Positions 22,801 to 32,544 of a stretch of 64,000 bases of DNA are shown here, piece by piece. Every line of letters begins with the position of its first letter. Position 1 is the first letter of the stretch. Both the position numbers and the translations under genes were made by a program. The stretch spans positions 1 through 64,000 of the forward strand of contig CAVWLW010000032.1 in NCBI GenBank assembly GCA_963755715.1. The letters run 5' to 3'. The stretch comes from an uncultured delta proteobacterium (GTDB lineage Bacteria; Desulfobacterota; Binatia; UBA9968). Below the pieces are notes generated by a model. That model saw nothing but the letters and a program-made list of their open reading frames with translations, made no database searches and was not told the DNA's origin.

Positions 22801-25560
22801 ATGAATCCTTTGAAAGAACTCGCGGAACAGGGACAATCGATATGGCTGGATTATATCCGGCGCAACTTGATTCGGAGCGGTGAGCTCAAACGGCTGGTCG
22901 ACGAAGACGGGCTGCGCGGCGTGACCAGCAATCCGACGATTTTCGACAAAGCGATTTCCGGCAGTACCGATTACGACATGGCGCTGCGCGCGTTGCTCGC
23001 GGCCGATCCGCAAGCGCCGGTAGGAAATCTTTACGAAGCGTTGGCGATCGAGGATATTCAGATGGCGGCCGATGTGCTGCGACCGGTCTATGACGCGACT
23101 CACGGTGACGATGGCTACGTGAGCTTCGAAGTGTCGCCCCGTCTCGCGCACGACACCGAGCGCACGATCAACGAAGCCAAACGCTTGAGGGCCGCGGTTG
23201 ACCGACCCAATGTGATGATCAAAGTACCGGCGACGCCCGCCGGCATTCCGGCCATCGAAGAGCTGATCGCGGAAGGCGTCAGCGTCAACGTGACTTTGAT
23301 GTTTTCGATGAGCCATTATGAAGCAGTCGCGCGCGCCTACATAAAAGGCTTGGAGCGCTGCGGCGATCCAGGGCAGGTGGCTTCGGTGGCATCTTTTTTC
23401 GTCAGCCGCGTCGATACCATGGTAGACAAGGCGCTCGAAGAGACCGGCAACCCCGAGGCCAAAGCATTGGAGGGAAAAATCGCCATCGCCAATTCGAAGG
23501 TCGTTTACCGGCGCTTTTTAGAGATTTTTCACGGCGAAGGATTTGCGGCGTTGCGCCAGCGCGGCGCGCGGGTGCAACGGCCGTTATGGGCGAGCACGGG
23601 AACGAAAAATCCCGCTTACTCGGACGTGCTCTACGTGGAAAATCTGATTGGATCGGAAACGGTGAATACCTTGCCGCCGGAAACGCTAAACGCGTTTCGC
23701 GATCATGGTAAAGTTCCCGGCGCGACCGTGAAGCAAGAATTGGCCGAGGCCGATGAGGTGCTCGCGCGTCTGGCGAATTTCGGCATCGATCTCAACGCCA
23801 TTACCGAAAAGCTGCAGCACGATGGTGTTGCCGCTTTTGCCGCGTCCTTCGATCAATTGATGGCCGGTCTCGAAAAAAAGCGCCAATCGATGCTCGGCGC
23901 GGACCTGGATCGACTGGAGCTTCACCTCGGCTCTTACCAAAAGCGGATCGATCGCCGTTTGGCACAATGGCAAAAGGACCAATTCGCGAGCCGGCTGTGG
24001 AAAAAAGATTACACGATTTGGTCCAAGGAGCCGCAGCCCGAGTTGATCGATCGCCTAGGCTGGTTGGAATTACCGGAGACGATGGCTAAGGAAGTCGGCG
24101 CGCTAACTGCCTTTGCCGACAAAGCCAAAGCGGACGGCATCAAACATGTTGTTCTCCTCGGCATGGGCGGTTCAAGCTTGGCGCCGGAAGTTTTTCAACA
24201 GACATTTGGCAATGCCTCGGGTTATCCCGAACTGCACGTGCTCGACAGCACCCATCCGGCGGCGGTGAAGGCGGTCGAAGCCCGTGTCGATTTGGCACAC
24301 ACCTTATTCCTCGTGTCGAGCAAGTCGGGGACGACGACCGAGACCAATTCTTTCTTCTATTATTTCTGGGATAAGCTCAAACAAATTGAGAGCGAGCCCG
24401 GTTCGCACTTCGTCGCCATCACCGATCCGGGTACGCCGCTGGAAAAATTAGCCGCCGAAAGACATTTCCGCGCAACGTTCAACGCTCCGGAAGAAGTCGG
24501 CGGGCGCTATGCGGCGCTCACCGTCTTCGGCTTGGTGCCTGCGGCACTGATCGGCGTCGACGTCGGCGCGGTGCTGGCGCGCGCGCGGCGCATGAGCGAG
24601 GAGTGCGCGCCGACGACAGCGGAAAATCGCCATCCGGGTTTACTTCTCGGCGCTGCTTTAGGCGAGCTGGCGCTGGCGAAGCGGGATAAAGTGACTTTTT
24701 TGTGCTCGCCTTCGCTCTCGGCATTGCCGTCGTGGATCGAGCAATTGATCGCCGAGAGCACGGGGAAAGATAACAAAGGCATCGTACCGGTGGCCAACGA
24801 AAATTTAGCCGCGCCGGAAAATTACGGCGGCGATCGTTTCTTTGTTTATCTCCGTTTCGACGGCGATGAGAACCATTCCCTTGACCGTCAGGTGGCGGCG
24901 CTCGAAGCCAATGGTCACCCCGTTGCGCGGCTCGATTTGAAGGATAAAAGCGATCTCGGCCAGGAGTTTTTCCGCTGGGAATTTGCCGTAGCGGCGGCGG
25001 GCGCAGCGCTCGGCATTCATCCGTTCAACCAGCCCGACGTGCAGCTCGCCAAAGACTTGGCAAAGAAAGCGATGAGCGAGCCGGCCGACAAAGGAACGGG
25101 CAAGGCTAAAGACACGGTTTCGGTTGCCGATCGCGAAGCTTTGCGCAAGGCGGCTGAGTCTTGGATCGGCAAGAAAAAAGCGCGCGACTATGTCGCGGTG
25201 CAGGCGTACATCGATCCGTCGGTGGAAAACGCGGCGAAACTTCAGACGCTCCGTGCGTCGATCCTGCAGCGCCTGAGCGTTGCAACGACACTCGGCTTCG
25301 GCCCGCGTTTTCTCCACTCCACCGGACAACTGCACAAGGGCGGCCCGAACTCGGTGTTGGTGTTACAGATTGTCGACCAACCTACCGATCACCTAGCAGT
25401 GCCGGAGACGAACTACACCTTCGAGGCTTTGATTAAGGCGCAGGCGTTGGGCGATTTTTCAGCCATGAAGCAGCGGCGCCGGCGCGTGCTCAGAGTCAAC
25501 CTGGGCAGCGATGCCGCGAGCGGTCTAAATTCATTGACTGAAGTTCTGCGTGCGGAATGA
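22801..25560 (+). CDS. Bifunctional transaldolase/phosphoglucose isomerase
   Basis: [28 protein letters not shown] (Tal); [47 protein letters not shown] (Pgi). Confidence 0.95.
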   Translation: MNPLKELAEQGQSIWLDYIRRNLIRSGELKRLVDEDGLRGVTSNPTIFDKAISGSTDYDMALRALLAADPQAPVGNLYEALAIEDIQMAADVLRPVYDATHGDDGYVSFEVSPRLAHDTERTINEAKRLRAAVDRPNVMIKVPATPAGIPAIEELIAEGVSVNVTLMFSMSHYEAVARAYIKGLERCGDPGQVASVASFFVSRVDTMVDKALEETGNPEAKALEGKIAIANSKVVYRRFLEIFHGEGFAALRQRGARVQRPLWASTGTKNPAYSDVLYVENLIGSETVNTLPPETLNAFRDHGKVPGATVKQELAEADEVLARLANFGIDLNAITEKLQHDGVAAFAASFDQLMAGLEKKRQSMLGADLDRLELHLGSYQKRIDRRLAQWQKDQFASRLWKKDYTIWSKEPQPELIDRLGWLELPETMAKEVGALTAFADKAKADGIKHVVLLGMGGSSLAPEVFQQTFGNASGYPELHVLDSTHPAAVKAVEARVDLAHTLFLVSSKSGTTTETNSFFYYFWDKLKQIESEPGSHFVAITDPGTPLEKLAAERHFRATFNAPEEVGGRYAALTVFGLVPAALIGVDVGAVLARARRMSEECAPTTAENRHPGLLLGAALGELALAKRDKVTFLCSPSLSALPSWIEQLIAESTGKDNKGIVPVANENLAAPENYGGDRFFVYLRFDGDENHSLDRQVAALEANGHPVARLDLKDKSDLGQEFFRWEFAVAAAGAALGIHPFNQPDVQLAKDLAKKAMSEPADKGTGKAKDTVSVADREALRKAAESWIGKKKARDYVAVQAYIDPSVENAAKLQTLRASILQRLSVATTLGFGPRFLHSTGQLHKGGPNSVLVLQIVDQPTDHLAVPETNYTFEALIKAQALGDFSAMKQRRRRVLRVNLGSDAASGLNSLTEVLRAE

Positions 25561-25585
25561 CTTGTCCGCGGAAGGAAAAACGACG

Positions 25586-25818
25586 ATGGAACTGGGAATA
25601 ATCGGCTTGGTCGGATGGGCGCCAACATGACCGAGCGTCTCGTCCTCGGCGGCCATCGGCTGATCAGTTTCGACCGAAGTCCGGAGGCGGTACAGCGAGT
25701 CGTCGACGAGGGCGCGCTCTTCGCCCGCTTTACGTCGCGCCAGGAAGACTCGTTCTCGGCGAAAGTGATCGCCGCGCTGCGCAACGAATTCGGCGGTCAC
25801 GCGGTGAAGAAAGGTTAG
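25586..25818 (+). pseudogene. gnd: 6-phosphogluconate dehydrogenase (short YqeC/GntZ type) collapsed by a large internal deletion
   Basis: N-terminus MELGIIGL(G)RMGANMTERL..FDRSPEAV joined directly to the C-terminus ALFARFTSRQEDSFSAKVIAALRNEFGGHAVK. Confidence 0.85.
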
Positions 25819-25824
25819 TGGCTC

Positions 25825-27372
25825 ATGGCCAGCGATAGCGATCCGCATGAATATCTAGGAGACGGACTTGGCTCGGCAAAGAAGCCGCATGCCTGCGTGC
25901 TGGTGATTTTCGGCGCGTCGGGCGATCTCACCAAACGCAAGCTCATTCCCGCGCTTTATAATCTCGCGCTCGAGAAGCGCTTGCCCGAGCGCTTTGCCGT
26001 GGTCGGCTATGCGCGCAGCGAAATGACCGATGAGTCGTTCCGCGACAAAATGCGCGAAGCGGTCAAAGAGTTTTCGCGCACCGGGTTGAAGGACGACGTC
26101 TGGCAGCAGTTCGCCAACACGCTGTATTACGTGCGGGGAGGCTACGAAGAAAACGATGGCTACCAGAGCCTTAAAGAATTTGTCGACGGCTTCGATCGTG
26201 GCAGCAGAGTTCTACCAGCGCGAGTTTTCTATTTGGCGACCCCGCCGGATCTCTATGGGAAAGTGATCGAGAGCATTGCCACGGCGGGATTGGCGCCGAA
26301 GGACACCGATGGCGAGCCGCGAACGCGAGTGGTAATCGAAAAGCCGTTCGGCACCGACTTGCAAACCGCGCGCGAGCTCAATCGCCGAATTCACGAATTC
26401 TTGGATGAGCGGCAAATTTACCGGATCGATCATTATCTTGGCAAAGAAACCGTGCAGAACATCATGGTGTTCCGTTTCGCCAACGCGGTGTTCGAGCCGA
26501 TCTGGAATCGACGCTACGTCGACCACGTGCAAATCACTGCGGCGGAATCGGTGGGCGTGGAGAACCGCGGTGGCTATTACGAACAAGCCGGCGTGGTGCG
26601 CGATATGTTTCAAAACCATTTGCTGCAGCTGCTCTGCATGACGGCGATGGAGCCGCCGGTGGGTCTCGATGCCGACTCGGTGCGCGATGAGAAAGGTAAG
26701 CTGCTCAAGTCGGTTCGTCCCGTAGCGTCGGAGGAAGTCGCGGCGGCGGCGGTGCGCGGTCAATACGGCCCCGGCAAGATGGACGGTCAGGAAGGGGTCG
26801 GCTATCGACAAGAGCCCGGCGTCGCTAAAAATTCAACGACCGTGACCTACGCGGCGATCCGGTTCTTCATTGATAACTGGCGCTGGGAAGGCGTGCCGTT
26901 TTATCTGCGCTCGGGCAAGCGCTTGGCCAAGCGCGTCTCCGAAATCGCCATCCAGTTTAAGCGCCCGCCGATGCTGTTGTTCAAGTCTCACGCCGTGGAA
27001 GACGTCAACCCCAACGTGCTGGTCATGCGCATTCAGCCCGATGAGGGAGTCTCTTTGACCTTTGAAGTCAAGCCGCCCGGACATGACATGATTATAAAAC
27101 CGCTGAGCCTCGATTTTAATTATGAGGAAGCCTTCGGTAACAGCCCGCCGGAGGCGTACGAAACGCTTCTGGAGGACTGCATCGAGGGCGATTCGACGTT
27201 GTTCACGCGGCATGATTGGGTGGAGTTGGCTTGGTCGCTCGTGGATCCGATTATTCAGGTCTGGAATCTGAGCAGGCCGAGAAATTTTCCAAACTATGAG
27301 GCCGGTTCCTGGGGGCCCAAAGAAGCCGACGATTTCATGGCGCGCGAGGGCCGGCGCTGGCGCCGGCCGTAG
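25825..27372 (+). CDS. zwf: Glucose-6-phosphate 1-dehydrogenase
   Basis: IFGASGDLTKRKL, EKPFG, RIDHYLGKETVQN, RDMFQNHL, RWEGVPFYLRSGK. Confidence 0.97.
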   Translation: MASDSDPHEYLGDGLGSAKKPHACVLVIFGASGDLTKRKLIPALYNLALEKRLPERFAVVGYARSEMTDESFRDKMREAVKEFSRTGLKDDVWQQFANTLYYVRGGYEENDGYQSLKEFVDGFDRGSRVLPARVFYLATPPDLYGKVIESIATAGLAPKDTDGEPRTRVVIEKPFGTDLQTARELNRRIHEFLDERQIYRIDHYLGKETVQNIMVFRFANAVFEPIWNRRYVDHVQITAAESVGVENRGGYYEQAGVVRDMFQNHLLQLLCMTAMEPPVGLDADSVRDEKGKLLKSVRPVASEEVAAAAVRGQYGPGKMDGQEGVGYRQEPGVAKNSTTVTYAAIRFFIDNWRWEGVPFYLRSGKRLAKRVSEIAIQFKRPPMLLFKSHAVEDVNPNVLVMRIQPDEGVSLTFEVKPPGHDMIIKPLSLDFNYEEAFGNSPPEAYETLLEDCIEGDSTLFTRHDWVELAWSLVDPIIQVWNLSRPRNFPNYEAGSWGPKEADDFMAREGRRWRRP

Positions 27373-27393
27373 AGGCAAGAAAAAATTCGAGCT

Positions 27394-27463
27394 CACCACG
27401 AAGGTCACGAAGGGTTCGGATATTATTGGTTCCTGGCTTCGTGCTCTTCGTGTCCTTCGTGGT
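27394..27463. repeat. Intergenic inverted repeat built from CACGAAG units (related copy ~49442-49530)
   Basis: caccacgaaggtcacgaagg ... cttcgtgctcttcgtgtccttcgtggt. Confidence 0.6.
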
Positions 27464-27475
27464 CAGAAGTGAACC

Positions 27476-28477
27476 ATGGCTCATAGAAATCTCGTTCTCG
27501 CGGGCGATATCGGCGGCACCAAGACCAATCTCGCGCTGTTTTCCGTGCACGGCGACAAGCTGCGCTCCGAGTCCCAGCGCAATTTTCCGAGCAAGCGTTA
27601 CTCCGGTTTGATCCCGGTTGTGCAGGAATTTCTCGCCGGCGGCGATCACGCGATCGATGCCGCGTGCTTCGGCATCGCCGGTCCGGTGGTCGACGGCAAA
27701 GTCAAGACCCCCAACCTTCCCTGGATGCTCGACACGGCGGAATTGCGCCACGCGCTCAAGCTCGATGCGGTCACCTTGCTGAACGATCTCGAAGCAGGCG
27801 CCTACGGCATCTTCACGCTCGAGAACGATGAATTTTACACTTTGAATGAAGGCACGATGCGCCAAGCCGGAAACAAGGCGCTGATCGCCGCCGGCACCGG
27901 CTTGGGGCAAGCGATCTTGCACGATGACGGGCACCATTTTCATCCGTTGGCATCCGAAGGCGGCCACGCCGATTTCGCGCCGCGCAATGAATTGGAAATC
28001 GAGCTGCTGCGCTATTTGCTCGCGCGGTTTGGTCACGTAAGTTATGAAAGAGTGGTATCGGGGCCCGGACTGCTCAATATTTACCGATTTCTCAAGGACG
28101 CGCGCGGGCTCGAAGAGCCGGCGTGGCTGACCGAGCGGCTCGCGGCCGCGGATGATCCAAGCGCGGTGATTTCACAGGCGGCGTTGGCTAAAGAAGCGGA
28201 GATTTGCGTCGAGGCATTGAATCTCTTCGTGACGGTTTACGGCGCGGAGGCGGGCAATCTCGCGCTGCGCGCGAAAGCGGTGCGCGGGCTTTACGTCGGC
28301 GGCGGCATCGCGCCGAAGATCCTCGACAAGCTCAAAGACGGCACATTCATGAAAGCTTTCGTCGATAAGGGGCGGTACACGGATCTTTTGGCGGCGACAC
28401 CGGTTCAGGTCATTTTGAATCCGCAAGCCGCCTTGCGCGGCGCCGCTTACTACGCGGCGTTTCTTGCCCGTGATTAA
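27476..28477 (+). CDS. glk: Glucokinase
   Basis: [48 protein letters not shown]. Confidence 0.95.
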   Translation: MAHRNLVLAGDIGGTKTNLALFSVHGDKLRSESQRNFPSKRYSGLIPVVQEFLAGGDHAIDAACFGIAGPVVDGKVKTPNLPWMLDTAELRHALKLDAVTLLNDLEAGAYGIFTLENDEFYTLNEGTMRQAGNKALIAAGTGLGQAILHDDGHHFHPLASEGGHADFAPRNELEIELLRYLLARFGHVSYERVVSGPGLLNIYRFLKDARGLEEPAWLTERLAAADDPSAVISQAALAKEAEICVEALNLFVTVYGAEAGNLALRAKAVRGLYVGGGIAPKILDKLKDGTFMKAFVDKGRYTDLLAATPVQVILNPQAALRGAAYYAAFLARD

Positions 28478-29111
28478 ACGCGACATCATTATTTGCCACG
28501 ACGCTGATGAGCTGGCGCGAAAGGCGGCGGAACAGTTTGTTTCTCTCGCCGACGCCGCGATCGCCCGATCCGGACGATTTACCGTGGCACTGTCAGGCGG
28601 ATCGACGCCGCGGGCATCTCTTTTGGGGTGATGAGCGCTGCGTGCCGCCGGATCACGCCGAGAGTAATTACCGCATGGTTCAGGAGGCGCTGCTGTCGAG
28701 AATCAGCATTCCAGCCGGAGAATATTCACCGCATGGCGGGCGAAAAGGAGCCGCGCGTAGCGGCGAATGAGTACGAAGAGGAATTACGCAGGTTCTTTGC
28801 TTTGCGCCGGCCAGTACGGCCTCGCTGCTTTTCCCGGCGGCGCGGCGCTCAATCAAAATGAACGTCTGGTGGCAACTGCTTACGTCGAAAGACTCAGAGC
28901 CCACCGCCTGACGCTGACTTTGCCGGTCATCAACGCTGCGGCGCAGGTTACCTTCCTGATTGCCGGGCAGAGCAAGCGCGCCATCGTGAACGAGATCTTG
29001 CGGTCGGACGCCGACTCATTCAAGTATCCCGCTGCGCGGGTGAGCCCAAGCGACGGACAACTGACCTGGTTGATCACCGCTGACGCCATGGAAAATTTGC
29101 CGATTCGATAA
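28470..29111 (+). pseudogene. pgl: 6-phosphogluconolactonase with internal deletions and frameshifts
   Basis: [10 protein letters not shown] joined directly to [11 protein letters not shown]; the FDLILLG.G.DGHT segment is largely missing; C-terminal RLTLTLPVINAA..YPAARV..WLI is retained. Confidence 0.75.
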
Positions 29112-29182
29112 AAGCTTCAATCGAATCCCCGCGGCACGAGCTAGAGTTGCCAGAAATTATCTGTCAGTGAAGGGAGCGCGCT

Positions 29183-29905
29183 ATGAGCGGCTATAACTAC
29201 GAGAGCTTCGGACAGTGCGATATCGATGCCCCGGATTTTTGGGCAGTTGCCACGATCGGGACGAAGGCGCCGGATTTTAACTTGGCGGATCTCGACGGCA
29301 ATCTGGTTTCGCTGTCGTCGTTTGCCGGCAAGAAGCATGTGTTGTTGGAATTCGGCAGCATCACGTGACCGCCGTTTGTGGGGGAGGTTCCTCCGCTGAC
29401 CAAACTCTACCGCGAGTATCGGACGGCAAATTTTCAGTTCTTCATCGTTTACGCCCGCGAAGCTCATCCCGGGGAAAACTATCCGCACCATACTTCATTG
29501 GAACAAAAGCTGGCGCACGCTCGCACGCTGCGCGACTTGGAGCAGATCCAGGAAATTCCGATTCTCGTCGACGATTTCGCCGGGACAATGCATCGCGCTT
29601 ACGGCCTCCTGCCGAATATGACCTATCTGATCGACCGCGACGGTATTGTCGTTTACAAGTCCGATTGGGGCGATGCGCAGGAAATCGATGGCGTGTGCGC
29701 AGCCTCGTCCGACGTCGACGAAATGAAGGCGAATAACGTACCGATCATTCGCCAGGGAATTTCCCAGCGACTCCACTGGATTCCTATGGACCCCGTGCAG
29801 CGCGAACGGGTTTACCGGCGCTCGGGAGAAAAAGCGATTCGCGATTATTTGAACGCGCGCGGCAGCTTGCCTTACGCGACCGATGCGGAGAAGGCTAAGC
29901 GGTAA
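29183..29905 (+). CDS. Putative selenoprotein of the thioredoxin-fold iodothyronine-deiodinase-like family (Sec at TGA 29366-29368)
   Basis: ORFs 29183-29368 and 29378-29905 share one frame, reading APDF..HVLLEFGSIT-TGA-PPF..FFIVYAREAHP; SECIS-like hairpin follows the TGA. Confidence 0.88.
29374..29405 (+). promoter_or_regulatory. Candidate bacterial SECIS hairpin
   Basis: GTTTG..GGAG-GTTC-CTCC..CAAAC; apical loop starts with G, 19 nt after the UGA. Confidence 0.65.
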
Positions 29906-29964
29906 GAAGAAAGCGCTAAGAGTGTTCGAGTATTGGGCGAAAATTAAATTTTGCTCTAGCTCGC

Positions 29965-30037
29965 AAAGTCCGCTCTGGATCGCGCAGAAAGCGGCTGTTT
30001 GAGAAACACGGGCTCGACGCCGAGTTGCTTTACGTCG
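29965..30037 (+). pseudogene. Short remnant of an NMT1/SsuA-type solute-binding protein
   Basis: Translates with an indel as SPLWIAQK(A)GLFEKHGLDAELLYV, matching the N-terminal motif of the intact SBPs at 45931, 46942 and 51351. Confidence 0.5.
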
Positions 30038-30629
30038 CTATTTGATCTTGACCAGTTGCTGGTGAATCTGCTGCGTTCGACGGGCGTTTCTTGTAATCGA
30101 CCTCGATAAATTTCCAACGCACGACGCCCTTCGGATCGACGATGAACGTCGATGGATGCGGCCAGCCCTTGCCGTCGGGGTTGAAGACACCGTAGCGGTT
30201 GATCACCTTGTGATCTTTATCTTCGAGCAGCGGAAAATCGAACTCGCCGTCGAACCGTTTGCTCAGCATTTCGCCGAATTTTTTCGACTCCTCGTGGGTG
30301 TCGACGCTGACCGCGAGGATTTGCACTTTCTCTTTTTCCTGCTTCGACAATAAACTTTTCAGCTTCCCGAGCTGTTCCATGCAGAAGGGTCACCAGTAGC
30401 CGCGATAGAAAACCAAGACGACGGTCTTCTTGTCGCGGAACTCCGATAACGCGATGGTCTTGCCGCCGGCATCTTCGAGGGAAAAATCCGGCGCCGGCTG
30501 CCCGACTTTGATGCGGTTTAGATCGGTCGGACTCAGATCGGCGCCGTCTTTCGGCCCCAATTGAGCGAGCACGGTGGTGCTTGAGAGCAAGATTGCAAAA
30601 AACGCAGCCAGGAAAAATCTTATTCCCAT
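30038..30629 (-). CDS. Putative selenoprotein: exported AhpC/TSA peroxiredoxin-like protein with UxxC motif (Sec at TGA 30392-30390)
   Basis: ORFs 30390-30629 and 30030-30380 share one frame: signal peptide, GQPAPDFSL, VVLVFYRGYW-TGA-PFCMEQL, ILAVSVD, FPLLED, PSTFIVD. Probable indel near the 3' end, with stop at 30038. Confidence 0.88.
30360..30374 (-). promoter_or_regulatory. Candidate bacterial SECIS hairpin
   Basis: Minus strand CAGCT-CGGGA-AGCTG, 16-30 nt after the UGA, with G at loop position 2. Confidence 0.6.
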
Positions 30630-30657
30630 GAAAGAGCTCCTTTAAGCGGATTTAACG

Positions 30658-31497
30658 TCAATCCATGCCGTCAGTTCCGGTCATCCTAGAGCCGCGTGGC
30701 GTCGGCGCGGTCCGGCTTACGTAAGGATCGAACCTGCGCTGGGCAAGATAGCGAAACAGATTGGGCATATGACGCTTGAATGCGCACAAAAGTGCCAACC
30801 ATCGTGGCAGGATCACTTCGAACTTGTTTTTCTCGATGGCTTTGATGACTTCACGGCAAACGGCTTCGGTAGTCACGATCAATTTCGCGGGTGATTTGGG
30901 CTCGCTGTCGCGAAAATCGCGATTGAACTCGGTCTGCACCGGGCCGGGACAGATCATCGAAACGTTGACTCCCAACGGTTTCAGCTCGTAGTAGAGGCTC
31001 TCCGACCAGCCGTTCATCGCGAACTTGGAGCCGCAGTAGGCCGCCATGTTGAGCGTGCCGATTTTTCCTGCAACGGAAGAGATATTGACAATGTGACCGG
31101 CGCCTCTGGCGATCATGGACGGCAACACTTCGTGCGCGCAATAGACCGCGCCGAGAAAGTTCGTGCGCATGATTTCTTCAACAGTCTCGAGCGGCATGTC
31201 GACAAAGGGCTGGCGCATGCCGACACCGGCGTTATTGATCAAAATATCGATCTTGCCGTAATCGGCGAGGACCTTGGCCATCATGCCGCGCACTTGCTCG
31301 GCATCGCCGACGTCGCAGCCGATCATCACGGAACGCGGACTGGCGCGGCGCACTTCGACCAGGACTTCTTTCAGGCGCGGAATCGAGCGGCCGCAGCCGG
31401 CGACGATGGCGCCGCGCGTGGCAAGATCAACGGCGAGCTGACGGCCGATGCCGTTCGAAGCGCCGGTGATGAGGATGACTTGATTGGTAAATTGCAT
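30658..31497 (-). CDS. Short-chain dehydrogenase/reductase (SDR)
   Basis: ITGASNGIG, LINNAG, NISS, YCGSK, CPGPVQT. Confidence 0.93.
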   Translation of the reverse strand: MQFTNQVILITGASNGIGRQLAVDLATRGAIVAGCGRSIPRLKEVLVEVRRASPRSVMIGCDVGDAEQVRGMMAKVLADYGKIDILINNAGVGMRQPFVDMPLETVEEIMRTNFLGAVYCAHEVLPSMIARGAGHIVNISSVAGKIGTLNMAAYCGSKFAMNGWSESLYYELKPLGVNVSMICPGPVQTEFNRDFRDSEPKSPAKLIVTTEAVCREVIKAIEKNKFEVILPRWLALLCAFKRHMPNLFRYLAQRRFDPYVSRTAPTPRGSRMTGTDGMD

Positions 31498-31545
31498 CGT
31501 GCGTTTTCGCCGCCTTGAATAATTCAGCCACATTAAAAGGCAAAA

Positions 31546-32454
31546 TCAAAGTGGCGCGCAGGCTTGGAGGGCTGGCTCGAGAGTCGGATAGCGAAACCGA
31601 TAACCCGATTTTTCGGCGACGGCGGGAATCACGCGTTGCCCGGTGAGCAGCATCTCCGCCATATCGCCCAACGCCATCCTCAGGGCGAATCCGGGGACGG
31701 TGGCCCAACAGGGCCGGTGCATCACTTTAGCCAGGGTTTGGCAAAACTCCTTGTTGCGCACCGGAGTGGGCGCGGTGGCGTTGACGGGGCCCGCCGTCCG
31801 GGGATCGTCGATCGTCTGCACGATCAAGCCGACGAGATCCTCTAAATGGATCCACGACATCCATTGTTGTCCCGAGCCGAGCGCGCCGCCGACGAAATAT
31901 TTAAATGGCAGGGCCATTTTTCCCAACGCGCCGCCGCCGTGACCGAGGACGATACCGATGCGCAGGCGCACGACGCGCATGCCTAGTTCCTCGGCTTTCT
32001 TCGCTTCTTCCTCCCAGTCGCGGCAGAGCACACTCAGAAAATCATCTCCCGGTGCGATTTCTTCGGTGATCATTTCATCGCCATGGGGGCCGTAGTAGCC
32101 GACGGCCGATGCGTTGATCAAGAACTGCGGTCGCTGCTTGGCTTTGGCGCAGGCCTGAACGAGACTATGCGTGGCGTCGATACGGCTTTTCTCAATGCGT
32201 CGCCGTTGGGTTGGAGTCCACTTTTTCTCCGCGATCGGTTCGCCGGCGAGGTTGATCACCCCATCGGCGCCGTCCAAAGCGACGTCCCACTCTCTGAGCG
32301 TGCCCGGCGTCCAATGCAGCCAGCGTTTGGTCCCGGTGTTGGCGTCGCGCGGCGAACCGCGGGTAAACAAGATCAATGCATGACCTTGCTCTAAGAGCTT
32401 GTCGCATAAGGCCCTGCCAATAAAGCCCGTTGCGCCTGTAATCACCAACCTCAT
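31546..32454 (-). CDS. TIGR01777 family NAD-dependent epimerase (YfcH/SDR39U1-like)
   Basis: ITGATGFIG, VINLAGEPI, SAVGYYG, RIGIVLG..GGAL, GQQWMSWIH, GPVNATAP. Confidence 0.93.
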   Translation of the reverse strand: MRLVITGATGFIGRALCDKLLEQGHALILFTRGSPRDANTGTKRWLHWTPGTLREWDVALDGADGVINLAGEPIAEKKWTPTQRRRIEKSRIDATHSLVQACAKAKQRPQFLINASAVGYYGPHGDEMITEEIAPGDDFLSVLCRDWEEEAKKAEELGMRVVRLRIGIVLGHGGGALGKMALPFKYFVGGALGSGQQWMSWIHLEDLVGLIVQTIDDPRTAGPVNATAPTPVRNKEFCQTLAKVMHRPCWATVPGFALRMALGDMAEMLLTGQRVIPAVAEKSGYRFRYPTLEPALQACAPL

Positions 32455-32544
32455 CAACGCCTCTCCGTACGCCCTATGACTTAACGGCTCTCCGGATGAA
32501 TGTTATGCTTTCAGATGAAACTATTTCCGCTCTGAAGAGTCAAG

